Origin: Callorhinchus milii
Taxonomy: Eukaryota
Length of the DNA: 64,000 nt
NCBI RefSeq assembly: GCF_018977255.1
Contig: NW_024704742.1
Span: 80,912,001 to 80,976,000, forward strand
Reading direction: 5' to 3'
In this document: positions 51,630 to 64,000 of the stretch, in pieces
Numbering within the stretch: position 1 is the first letter of the stretch
Layout of the letters: every line of letters starts with the position of its first letter
Position numbers and translations under genes: made by a program
The notes under the pieces: model-generated
Databases searched by the model: none
What the model was told of the DNA's origin: nothing
The model's input: only the letters and a program-made list of their open reading frames with translations

Positions 51630-52086
51630 TAATAATAATTATCCTTGTATTTGATATAGCGCCTTCTCACATCGTTGAGATGTCGCAAAGCGCTTCATAA
51701 AATACAATATGATACAAAATAGCATTTGTATAGTGCTTTTCACGTTGGGAAGACATTCCAAGGTGCTGGACAGTCAGGGAGATATACTGTAAAGTGAATA
51801 GACTGTGCACTTTGTGGGCTTTTCACGGCAGCCAATTGGCCACAGCAATGTCGCACCAACAGTTGTGGATTGAGTGACCAAATTATTATTCTTTTTTTTT
51901 GAAGGGATTATTACCTCTGGAAAGCGATCTGCCAATCAAACAACAACTGAGTTCCTACTTACTGCTATGTAAGCAGAAGCATGTGGACTAAGGAAACTTG
52001 CCAAAGGTTTTACCCTAACCAGGAACTGAACCCATGTCCTCTTGTTTGTGAGGCGAGAGCTCTAACTAATACGCTACAGGACTCCA
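51630..52086 (-). mobile_element. tRNA-derived SINE with a nested L2 tail fragment (about 51700-51780)
   Basis: Family head and tail, interrupted by tacaaaatagcatttgtatagtg...cagtcaggga. Confidence 0.82.
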
Positions 52087-52337
52087 CAAGTCATTCTCTT
52101 CGTGAGATGGTACCTGCGTTGCTGCTAATGCTGCAGCTTAAGGGCTTAAGTTCAGGAGATCAAGTGGCAGGTATGGTGGGAAGCTGGAAGATACAACCAT
52201 GAAGTTTATTTGCTAGGAAATGTATCTAAGCGTATATTTCCTATTCTACTTCATTGTATAGCCTGTACACCATTGGTTAATATAACATGATTATTGCAAA
52301 GATGAATTGGTTCTGATTCAAATTTCTCTCTTTCTAC

Positions 52338-53008
52338 CTGGGGATTGGAGGATTTATGATCTCCTCCACTACCGTATCAACTGATAGCCAGATATGAACT
52401 ATCCCCACCTGCTGCCAATGTTGGGCACAATCTTCCTCTGTAAGGAAACAGTGCACAGTCATAAGTAGTCCGTTGTGTCGGCCCCCATATCTGTGAGGGG
52501 ACAAAGCCCTGTCAATGCATTTCAAATACATGCAATTGAAGTAGATGCACATTACAGCAACTTAATGTGCAGGTCTTACCTTGGCATTGTTCTTCAGTCT
52601 GTCAAATACCTTCCTCATCTTCAGGCAGGATCACCTGCTGGCATTGGCAGCGATGATGTTGTTAGTTACCTTCAACCAACTTTGATGGCTTTGATGACAG
52701 GTGAAAAGCTGACACTTCTGTAACTGCATCACTGCGTCCGCCAAGCAAGCTGCTTCTTGGACTGCATCCTCCTCCTCATCATCCTCTGTCAGTCCCGTCT
52801 TTATGGGAAAGAAGAATGAGTGGAAGAGAAATACCTAATATGCAGAATTAAAATGAATCATTCTAAATGCTACATTTTTTTGTATTCAAAAATAGTATCA
52901 ATAAAAAAAGCCAGTGATGTTGCAAGACAGTTGATAAGAATGTAAATCATTCACATTGATTATAAAAATGTAATCAGATACGTCAGTTACCTCAACTTTA
53001 ATTTCCTC
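52338..53008 (-). pseudogene. Decayed intron-containing Myb/SANT-like (Harbinger-type) DNA-binding gene
   Basis: Exon 52798-52580 (73 codons): ...EAACLADAVMQLQKCQLF...SWLKVTNNIIAANASR*SCLKMRKVFDRLKNNAK|GTaag. Flanking candidate exons 53008-52991 and 52437-52338 have AG/GT ends. Confidence 0.6.
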
Positions 53009-55469
53009 CTAAAATCTTTTAATCTGGTTGTACAAAAATATATTTTGATGTAAGTAGTGCAAATTTACAATGCTCCAGTGCACAATAGATATTTTAGATG
53101 TGAATGTTGTAATTACAGGAAACTACAGATAAAGGGTCACTCCAAGGGAAAAAGGCTCAGTGACAAGTTATCTGGACTGGCGAATTAGGCATATGTATAA
53201 AATATAAATAAATGTGGCCTGGATATTGACAACATGATGACTTAAGTGGCAGTGACAAGTTAAGCCGGGGTTGAGTTATCGGGAGGGTTACTGTCTACAG
53301 TCTTCAACACCTATGAATGCTTATATTCTTCACATTGGAATAGCGATGGATGCCAAGTAAATGCATGTGCTTCATTTGTTTAAATTGTTACTGTGAATGA
53401 ATGCAACATCACAACAGAAAGATAATAATTCAAAACATACCAATAGCAATTAACAAATTTAGAAACTTCACTTGTTTGAAAATATTTGTTGTTATTAAGG
53501 AACATTAATTGAAACAGCCCGATATGGGAAGGGGGAAGAATGTGATATGTGCTATGATAATTGCTGGTGAAAATTATCATATCATCCACTGCAGTTCTCC
53601 CCCTTCCCCCACCACCCACAAACCTATACATTTATATACAAATCAAAACGGATTACAAGAACATTAGGAATTGTTTTTGAACAGTCACTAACACAATTTT
53701 CCTTCAGTGTTAACCTTGCAGATATCTTGTTTTCTGTTCTGTCATGCCAGTCTACCCACTTGTTCAATTTCACACTGAATGATTCAGATTGGAGACTTCT
53801 TAAATTAAACAGCTTAATACGGTACAGACTCTTCAGCATGTGTTTGAAACTGGACACTTTATTTCAGTAGCAATTAATGATGTGACCTTTTACAATGTTA
53901 TTTCACAGAGAATTTATTTTGCCCTCCCCGTCGCATAAGTATTTTTGAATGCAAATGCCAACTACTAAATTTAAGACCAAATTGAACTGGAGAGAAAATT
54001 AACAGTTCAAACTCACAGTAGAATTGCCAAGCATTCACGCTACTGCGCATACTCTAAGATTCTGCTCTAGACATCAAATGAGACGTCCCCACACAGAAGG
54101 ACCAGGTGTGGCTATAATGTTCGCAAATTACAAATTCTCTAAAGAAAAGATTGACTCCAAGCTGAGATATTGAATGGCTTGTGGAAACCAACAGAACTGC
54201 ACACTGTAGAGATCAGAACTTTTGAGAGGTGGGGAGAAAAANTTAGAGGAAAATTGAGGTGGGATAAAATTAATTTTAAAAATTGCCTACCTGTCATCAA
54301 TGGTTTACTATACAGTTCCCATTCTTATTGTGTATACTAAAGATGTCAACAACTTTCATTTGTATAGTACCTTTCACATATAACAACAAGATGGTGGTAA
54401 CAAGAATCAAAGAAAGTACAACTATAGAAAGAGATCATTTGGCCCTTTAAATTTTTGCTGTCTTAGTTTTTTCACCAGAATGATTGATTCTATCCCTGAT
54501 TCCCTGCTCTTTCTTTATAATCACTTCAAAAAAAGTAATAATTTGGTCATCCACTCCGCGACTGTTTGTGGGACACTGCTGCGTGCTGTCACGTTTCACC
54601 CACAAAATACACAGTGACTACAATTTACAGTATATTCTGTGAAGCATTTTGGGACGTCTTGAAGACTTGATAAGGCACTAACTATATCAAATGCAAGGAT
54701 TATTATTATACCATTTTATACTCTTCTTCCTCAAACGTGTGCCTATCTACAGTCCAATCTACAGTACAGGTAGAAAACACTGATAAAAGCAGAGTGGGAG
54801 TAATGATAAATGCTGCTGGCTCAGAGATGCTGTGTTTAAATAACAATGGTGCTGATGACAGTAGCCTTGACTTTAATAGAACATATACATGAGGCAGTGT
54901 TAGTGGTGGTGACACTGTCTCCAGAATCACTGACTACTGGCTTCCTCCATCATTTAGGATTCCCAGGAACCTATGCAGGCCATTGATGCCACTGGCTTGA
55001 ATGGACCCTCGTTATTCACTAGGAAAATCCAAGCCTGGGAAATGCCACAGTTTATGGCTTTAGAAATAACTCCATTGATCTGTGAATTCACACACAGCCA
55101 GTGGTTTCTATGATTCTGCCATGTTGTTTACTCCATCCTGCAGGCTACACAGAATGAGTCTGCAGCACTGTCAGCCTTGAGGCCCTGCACAGTCACTTGT
55201 ACATACAATACAATGCAATACAACTGTAGCAATGGACAAAAAGTGCAGCATTTGACAGATTGCCTAACTCCAAGACATGAATAATGGTAAATCAAACATA
55301 GTCAACATTGCATATTTAATGATTATGAATAGTAAAAANTACATTTCCTCCAATCATCTCAGCCTCCAACCATCTCATCAATCTCCCAGCATTAATCAAA
55401 CATTGACAATCAGATTTATTTCATCACGTTTGAAGACTGACAAATTATTTGTCGCCAGCCTTCTTCACA

Positions 55470-55730
55470 CATAATAATAATATAATAATAATAATAATCG
55501 TTGCATTTGATATAGCGCTTTTCACGTGTTCTCGACATCTCAAAGTGTTTCACAGAATAGACTGTAAAGTGAATTGACCGTATATTTGTGGACGAAACGT
55601 GGCAGTCAATTGCGCACAGCAATGTCCTACAAACAGTCGTGGATTGAAAATTACCAATTTATTATTGTTTTGGAGGAATTATTATTAGGCGTGTGGAGTA
55701 AGGAAACCTGCGCAAGGTTTCACCCTGCCT
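55470..55730 (-). mobile_element. tRNA-derived SINE, head truncated
   Basis: Family body and long (tta)n tail. Confidence 0.82.
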
Positions 55731-58700
55731 GCAACCCAGCAGCAGTAGGAAACATCTTAGGAAAATAGGTGCATGGGTTCACATACAATATCCCCATGCT
55801 ACAGTGATGTGCTTTGAGACATTTCAAACACATGATGAGGCATGATATCAAATGCAAGGATTATTATTACTATTGTACGGGACAAGGTCTTACAGTCCTC
55901 ATGGCTAGTTTTGTCTGCCTTTTCAGGAGGACGTAATCGACCTCATGGGACTAATCGAAAAGAGAAGAGAGTTTCTCCCGGTTTCATGGCCAACAATCCC
56001 CCAGAGAAAAACAAGAATTCATGTCTGTCTGAGAGATGTGTGCAAATTAGCTACAACATTCAGTTACAAAATAGACAGGCACTACAGTTCACAGTGAATC
56101 CTGTGAAATGCATTGAAATGTCCTTTCAGTACAAAAGGCACTATATCATCAAATGCAATGATGATCTTTATCTTTTATCTATACTGTTTAATGTGTTCAA
56201 AATTGTAATATTCCAAAACAAATTTTGAGCTCTAAATTCTTTATAACACACGACTTTTGGAAATTAAGGTGGCTGAAGTTATTTGTGGTGCTATATATAA
56301 AGCATGTGTTAATTGAATATCATAAATACCAAAAGGTTACTGCTTCTGTTTCTTGGAGATATGGTATCCCTGTGAAAACCACTATAAAGATTTTAGTTTT
56401 CCACAATTTTAGAGCAGGTTCTCTACCCTCCTTGGAAATTGCATTATTTTCATCCTTACAGCAAGAATATATATTATACATATATGCAGTTCTTTATAAC
56501 CCTGTAAACTCAAAAGCAAAATATATTTCAAAATATATTTTAGAGAAATATATCCATGAAGGAAACATAAACATGCAAAATAACCAAATGCATATTAGAT
56601 GTCAACAATAATTTTATTAACTAATAATAAAAAACAGGAAAACTAAAATATTTGCAATATTTCAATCCCTCACAACGTGGCTATCATCAGTGTACCATGT
56701 AGTATGTTTCCACTTTCTATCGCCATCTTCCCTGTGCGTGCTCACTAGTCTGACTCATAGTGCACCCCATATGCACTGTGTGTGAGGGGGAAAGATAGCA
56801 TGACCCTTGATAGTCTACAGGGTAGGGGTGAGGAAGAGAAGGTAGAGGTAAGCCATGCATAATAGACTCCAGAATTAAGTAAACAGGGCACATCCCTCCA
56901 CAGAGAGGGTGTGCATCTCATTGCAGACATAGAATTCCCATGTGTAGGTAGCATACATGTGTCAAACTGCCAGTTTGGTTTGGATATTCTTGGTTATGGC
57001 TTTTCAGACACCTGGCTGACCAAAACAAACGCTTAAATTGTACCACTCAAATCTAGCTGTTCAGCCCTGGTGTCACCATTTAGGATTCCAATTTAGCAGA
57101 GATCATTTTTAAAACCCGAAATAGCCTTTCAGTGTTTATTGAACTGTGGTAGTTCAGTATCTTGAGAGACTGCTTTGCATGCTCATATACAAGGCTAATG
57201 GGAATATTCCACCTGCATTATTGTAAATGATTGGAGTTTAAATGAACCATTGAAGACTATTGTTTCCAAAGAAAAGCTCCTGAGAGAATTAAATAATAAA
57301 AACGTGCCCATTGCTACAACAAGTTGTAAGTATTCGTCACTATACTTTACAGAAAATCCTCTGAAGCACTTTGAGATGTCCTCGCAATGTGAAAAGCACT
57401 ATATCAAATGCAAGGATTATTATTTCTGCACAGTGACAATGCTAAACAAAGCATCTGAATCAATCTTGTGCCTCTTTGCTGTTTTTCTTCTTCTCTTCTG
57501 CTGAAGCTATGGATTTATCATTGTGATATTCTACGGGTGCTGCTAACCCTCATGTACACAAGTGGCCAATCTTTCCACGTGAATCTAGACATGTTGGTGA
57601 GCTCTGTCACTGCTGAAGTGAGGGGGAGCAGCAATAGCTGGAATGCTTTAATTACAAGTTACCCATTGTACCTGCTTTCCAAACCACTTTGTTCAGGCCC
57701 TCAGTATCAGCAGGTTGCATGTTTGTGGCAGATCTTGACAGCCATAAACTAACACTGATCTAAAAGCAATCTAAAACAATTCAGTTCCCAGATTAAATGA
57801 AGGTTAATCAATAACAACAACAACTTGCACTTATATAGCACTCTTCATATGAGGTAGCAATCCGGAGCGCTTTAGTTTGGTCTGCAATTCACCCATTAAA
57901 TAAAGCTTTTGCATTACTAAAGCAAACTTTAATGCTGGAAAATAAACGCCTAGAGAATTTTGCTGGGTTTTTGGCATGTTTTGCGATATTTTACTCTCCA
58001 GACTCCATCATTCGCTCTACAAATGCGGGACCCAAATTGGTCCCCATAGTGGGTCATCAGGGAAATGTGAAGCCAAAGTCATTGCTGCATGAGAAAACAC
58101 TAGTTCCCTGGCAATAACAAGAAGATTGAGGCAAGCGTGAAGTCTTGCACAGCTTGCCCAGCTACACATGCAATGAACAATCAAGAACCACTTGACAGAT
58201 CTGAATTTCCAGTGGTAAAAAGTAAGTGGTTTCTGAGGATCCTTTCCATCTATTGATTATCTGCCTACTTTCATAGACGATTACTGTTTCCGGAGGCTGA
58301 CACTTTGAAGTGAACGTCTTAATGGAAAACCTGGAAAAAAAATCTTCAGTACATTCCAGAAGTTAAGGCATCAAGTCAACAGTCCATCGTTTAACAGAGC
58401 CGAATTCCTACAATTCTCAAAATAACTTCAGCTCCCTTCACGACTCTCTACCCCCTCCTCGCTTCTTCCCTTCCCTCCCCTCACCCTGACCATTTCCCCC
58501 ATGCTCGAGTCCTGACCCAACTGTCCAGCGCCTTGGGACGTCCTTCCGACATGAAAGACGCTCTATAAATGAAATCTTGTTGTTGTTGTTCTTATTGTAT
58601 CACAGAAAGACACTTCTACGAATAATAGAAAGTGATCCTTGCATTTAATATGGCACCTTTACCATTGAAATTGTTCTAACTACTTCATAGATTGTTACTT

Positions 58701-60843
58701 TGAAGTGTAATTACTGTGCATTTCATAGGCAAATACATAATTTCATAGGCAAACCCATAAACTCCATGAAGTGAAAGGCAAATTTATTTGAAGGATTATT
58801 GGCTGGGTTACCAAGAGAATACATCAAGGAGATACACTGTCAGATCCTTGGGAATCACCTAGTCGTGTTTGCTTTTCATGAATGTTTTTACAGTGAGGAG
58901 TTTCCAGCTTCAATCATTCCATCAAAAATATGCCATCAGTATAAATCACATGAAGGTGGAAGCAATGTGGTTGCCATAGTAACCGCTTCAGGCCACAGTA
59001 TTTATAGATCCCTGTATTTGCTACAGTTTAATGGAAGTGAAGGATGCACATGAAGGTAATATATTACACTGAAAATGCTATTTTATTTTTCCCAAAATAG
59101 ATATTGTTTTTAATGAAGCTAAAATTCCAAATGTGTCCATAAAAATGTGAAGCATTCAAACAACAAGGAAATAGACTATTCAGCCTAACTAGTCTGTGCT
59201 TCCACCCCTCTTAAGCCCCTTATTCTATTCCATTCTCCCTCAAGACTTTTGTGGTACACTGCTGTGTGCAATTGGCTGCCATGTTTCGCTCACAAAATAT
59301 ACAGTCAATTCACTTTACAGTATACTCTGTAAAGCGATTTGAGATGTCTCGAAGACGTGAAAACGCGCTATATCAAATGCAAGGATTATTTTTATTATTA
59401 AGTTTGCATCAAATTTCGTATTAAAAACATAGTTGCTTTTTACTTCATCCACAGTTTCCAACAGTGAGTTATACATTTTCCCCATCCTCTGTGTGAAATA
59501 CTCCTTTTCAGATTACTGCCACCTAATTTATATTTCTGCCCTCTTCTTTTGGACTCAACACCAAATGGAAAAAGCCTATCTACTGAGCAATTTTGTGTGA
59601 GAAATGACCGTGTCTCAATCAACATTGGAGTCATAACATTTTGCTTTCCGTTTTACTTGTGCTGAGTGCAGTTTTCACCTATGTATGGTTTATTCTTCTG
59701 TAATTATTCTCCTATAAAGGTAATGCAAAAGGTGCAAATGAAGCAAGTCAATCGCACGTCATATGTAACCAACAGAAAAGGTCTACTAAACATTAATACT
59801 ACACCTTCATTGAAGAATATCACTGTAGTCCAATCCACTGAGTGTTCTGCTATACCACAGGGACTAGGATGGTCACAAATTCATAAATTTAGTCACTGGT
59901 GTCAGTGAATTAGCTGATTTCAGCTGGGAATGAGGTGGACGCATTAGTGTTCCTGAGAGACGGGGGGTGGAATCCCTGATGATCTTTGTCAAACCTCTGA
60001 TGACTGTCTTGGTGATGTCTATATGTCAGGGATGGAGCAGAGACAAGGTGATCAAATTATACTTACATAACAATATTCTAATCAAACTATTTCTGTCAAA
60101 AATGCCTGAAATGTTGCTGGAATATGTTATTTTCTATTTATCTTCTCCCTTTCTCACTCCCTCCCTCTCCCTCCTTCACCTTGATTCCTTAAGCTCTATG
60201 TAACTTTTACAATTCCCTTAGACCTGTGTTGAGTAAGCCTTCTATGTGGCATTGGACTTCGACTGCTACTTCTAGAACATCAAGGTGGCTAGCACTTCCC
60301 GAAAGGTTGTGTAATGATCCTTCAACCACTCTGAAGACAGACGTCCATCAGATAGTTGATGAGTCCAGGGCTTGGTATCTCGCTTGATTGATTTGCAGAG
60401 AAATAAGTAGTTGCTGCTCAAGCTCTGCACCTCCAATTAGTGGAACCATCACTCAATGGGAAAGGATGTGTGTCCCAGCTGCGGGCAGGAAGATGGTGGA
60501 ATTTCTCTCACGTATATCATGCTAAGCTGTGTTTCCCACCAGAAAGCTCACAGGAAGTTCCTGCTGTCCATCTAGTGAGAGCTCAAACCCGTGCTTGTCG
60601 GATGTCAAATGATCACACAGTGACTGTCCCCCTTAACATGATTGATAATGGAACGTCAGAATCAAGTCATTCATCTGTGGTGGTCTTGGCAGTCTAGTTT
60701 TCTGAGCCAGGTGTGTCCACAGTCCTCCAGTGCATTGCCAACTAGAAACCAGCCAACCTGGCTCACTGGCAGAATTTGGATGTGCAGACTATCACTGGGG
60801 GAGGGTTCTTCCCATCCATCTTCTATTAATCCTGTAATCCTGT

Positions 60844-61070
60844 GGAGTCTTGTAGCTCAGTGGTTAGTGCGCTCGTCTCACAAGTGAGAGACCTGGGTTT
60901 GATTCCCAGCAGGGTGAAATGTTGGGCAAGTTTTCTTACTCCACACGTCTCTGTTTACCTAGCAGTAAGTAGGAACCTGGTTGTTAATTTATTGGCGGAT
61001 TGCTTTTCCGGGGATAATAATCCCTTCAAATTGTTTTTTTTAAATTATAATAATAATTTGGTCACTCAAT
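60844..61070 (+). mobile_element. tRNA-derived SINE, 3' truncated
   Basis: Head gagtcttgtagctcagtggttag and long-variant insert. Confidence 0.82.
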
Positions 61071-64000
61071 TGTTTGAATTAAGTAATCATTAGGAAATCC
61101 CCACGTGTGGGGGATAAACATATGTGGAACTCTCTGACTGGTTTAAATATTCTTAGTGATAGGTGTCCTAAATTGTCAACACAGAAATATATATTTAAAC
61201 CACAGTTTAATAACAGGGCTGAATTGTTGTTCAGTGTTGAACGTAATAACAATGATACATACAATAGTGCAAATAAGACAAAAAGGGATTTATTTCTCTG
61301 ATCTCAGTGATTAGATAAGATTATGTACACAAATCTTTAACAGTGAAAATTTGTGCTTGGGTGAAATTATGGGAATAAATAATCAGTTGTAATTTGTAGG
61401 ATAATAATATTAGAATCGTTGCATTTGATTTAGTGCCTGTAATGGCAAATTGCTTCATAGATAATTGCTGTAACATAAAGTGACTGTGAATTTGAAGCAA
61501 AATATTGGGGCCAATTTATATAGCAATGTCTCACAAACAGCCATGAAGTGAATGATCAATTTTATTAGGGTGATAGTTTCTGTGTACATCAGAAGAAAGT
61601 CCCATCTCTTTTTGAATACCGATTATCTGCATACCAATTATCTGCATGTCTGTTTTGTGTATAGGCCTTTGAAGTGGATTTTAGATAGTGGCAAAAGAAA
61701 TCTAGTTTTCGAAGTTAATTACTTGAATCGAATGCTTTGGTAACCAAGTGAGCAAGGGTACAACTATATTGTTTTAAGAAAAGTTGGAGTAATTTTACAC
61801 AGTGCGGGGGGACATAGTTATGTAAAAAGACCGATAGGCAGCAACAAGGGAAAAGAAAGGCAACACCGTAAATCTCAAGTTCCCACGGGGAGCTTGATCC
61901 CATCATTTTCTGCCTCGAAGTAAGAGTGCTACTAAGTCAGGCTGACATACAACATTTATATCTAGTTCAACCTGCACAGTTTGAAATTTAAACATTTTTT
62001 CATTGGGATTGTTTGGATTACTAAATTGATGTTTCTGCTGTCAGTTTGACGAGTGTTTGTTACATATGAATGAATAAGTAAAGATATGTAAAGTGAACAG
62101 AAGAGGTGGATTGACAGCTGGAAGTGCAAAAGAAGGGTTAAGAACTACAATTGGGCTTGAAAAACATGTAAGTTGTACAGTAGCTTCATAAATAATGCAG
62201 TTGAACAGTTGTCTGGATGGAGTTTTGAATGGTAGCCTGAAAGAAACAAGACCAAAGGATGGAAATAGCAATTGAGTTAAGTTTGAATATCTTGTGGAAT
62301 TTTTTAAAATTTGTTTTCAATTTGGAAGCTGATTTTCTGCAGTATGGAAACAGAACTGTAGAAAAATGGCTTCCAAATAAAAGCTGAATTTGACACTTAT
62401 TGCCAACATTCTGAATAATAGATTCCAGCTTGTGAACCAGTGGGTTTCCTTGGTTATTCAGAAAATTTTTATTCAGAAAATACCCAAAAGAGATCACAAT
62501 TGTTTGTCGGACGTTGCTGTGCACAAATTAGCTGCCACATTCGTCACAAAATCCACAGTCATTGCAACTTGCGCTAATTCCTGTGAAGCACTTTGAGACT
62601 TTCTTTGAAATGCTGAGATAACGAATACATCTTGACCCAGGTTGAATATCTCCCAACAAGTAGTAACAGATATACTGTGGAATTACAATGGACTTTGCTG
62701 CAAGAGATAGTGAATGTATTATTCAGAATATTAGAGAGTATAGGAAAAATAAGAGAAAATTGAGAACACAGTAAATAAGTCAATGGGGAAACTGGCACTA
62801 GCCTATACTGAATGTCCTCGTTGTAGGTTGTAATATCTATGATTCTATATATATTCCACCAAAATGAATCATTTTTCTGAGGCTGAACAATGAAGGCCCA
62901 GGGTAGAGGGATCACGTGGCATGAGGAAGATGTGTCTGAACCTGATGCGTATTCTCACTTAAATACATCTGTTGGTGAAGCTATGATGGACTGAGCTAGT
63001 TTATCAGACTTTAAAATGTTTTGAGACATCCTCCCGATGTGAAAGGTGATATATATAAATGTAAATTGTATTACATTGGTCTGCCGACAATACTAGAAAG
63101 ATTGAAATGAGGTCTGGAAAATATTTGTTTTTTCTTCCAAGGCTGAAAATAGATTTTCTAGCAGAGCGAATTCCAGAGAATCTACACATAGGTGGACACT
63201 GATGGTAGAAATTACCCTTTTAGAAAGATACTGACAGTCATTTACTGAGCTGGTGACATTTAGAATTTGCCTGTGGGCAAATATCTTCAGGGAGCTTCCA
63301 ACTGTGAATGAGGCCACTTAGTATTGATTAAAAGGTTGCGAGCTGGGAACCCCTGATCAAGGTCTTTTATACTACCCAACGATTTCTGCTGTGTAGTTTT
63401 TGAAGTTACTCATCAAAGGATGCATGGTTCAATGTAAAAATTATTCGACTTTTTCTTTGTGTATTTGAATTGAAAAGCAGAATCAATGATAGTAACACTG
63501 CATTTTTAGTTTGTTTGTCTCTGCATTTATACTGCAATTTGTGTAAGCAGTCCATTCATTAGAGAAGCTAACTTGTCAGTAGTAGTTTTATCATCTCATC
63601 CCTTTTTTTAACAAGATGCAACTTTCCTTTAAACATACCATGGCAAGGTTTGTAAGTACATTCATGGAAAGTTACAATAACCTGAATCAAATGATGTCTG
63701 CCTTCTAGTGGCAAATGGTTTGAAATCCAATATTTAACAATGAAAACCATGCTCTGCCAGAATATTTCATTTGGGTTAGCTATTCAAATTCGGTGACACA
63801 AACCTTTTAAATGTTTAATTCATATATAGGAATTAACTCTATCAAAAAAAATATTTTAATTTGAAACCCGATCCTTTCAGGTCCGTTCTGGTGAAGGTTC
63901 TGCCCTGTGCTTATCTCAGAATGCACTTAAAACAGCATATGTCTATAAATTATTCTTACAGTTCTGTAAGGTTGGCATAATGGTTCCCAAAGGATCATTA

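Noticed and set aside
1..64000. CRISPR arrays, operons or other prokaryotic systems
   Set aside because: Eukaryotic intron/exon structure; repeats are dispersed retroposons, not regularly spaced arrays.

Overview
Repeat-rich vertebrate genomic DNA. The CR1/L2 LINEs, Deu-domain SINEs and shark-type Penelope-derived elements point to a cartilaginous fish (inference). The window holds the 5' part of PLPPR1 on the minus strand: a candidate GC-rich non-coding first exon (~39.1-39.35 kb), the ATG exon (34779-34894) and the next 189-nt coding exon (4797-4985). I found no further exon, so the gene probably continues left of the window. Introns and upstream DNA contain a near-full-length CR1 (esterase ORF1, APE-RT ORF2), truncated CR1/L2 fragments, many tRNA-derived SINEs and an unclassified LINE family. 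Main observations: (1) the intron end before exon 3 encodes MLYFQ in frame, as in the PLPPR5 N-terminus; (2) three short Penelope-type insertions carry a minimal hammerhead ribozyme; (3) a spliced, decayed Harbinger-type Myb/SANT gene lies upstream; (4) two near-perfect hairpins. All family assignments come from recalled motifs, not database searches. Repeat boundaries are approximate.
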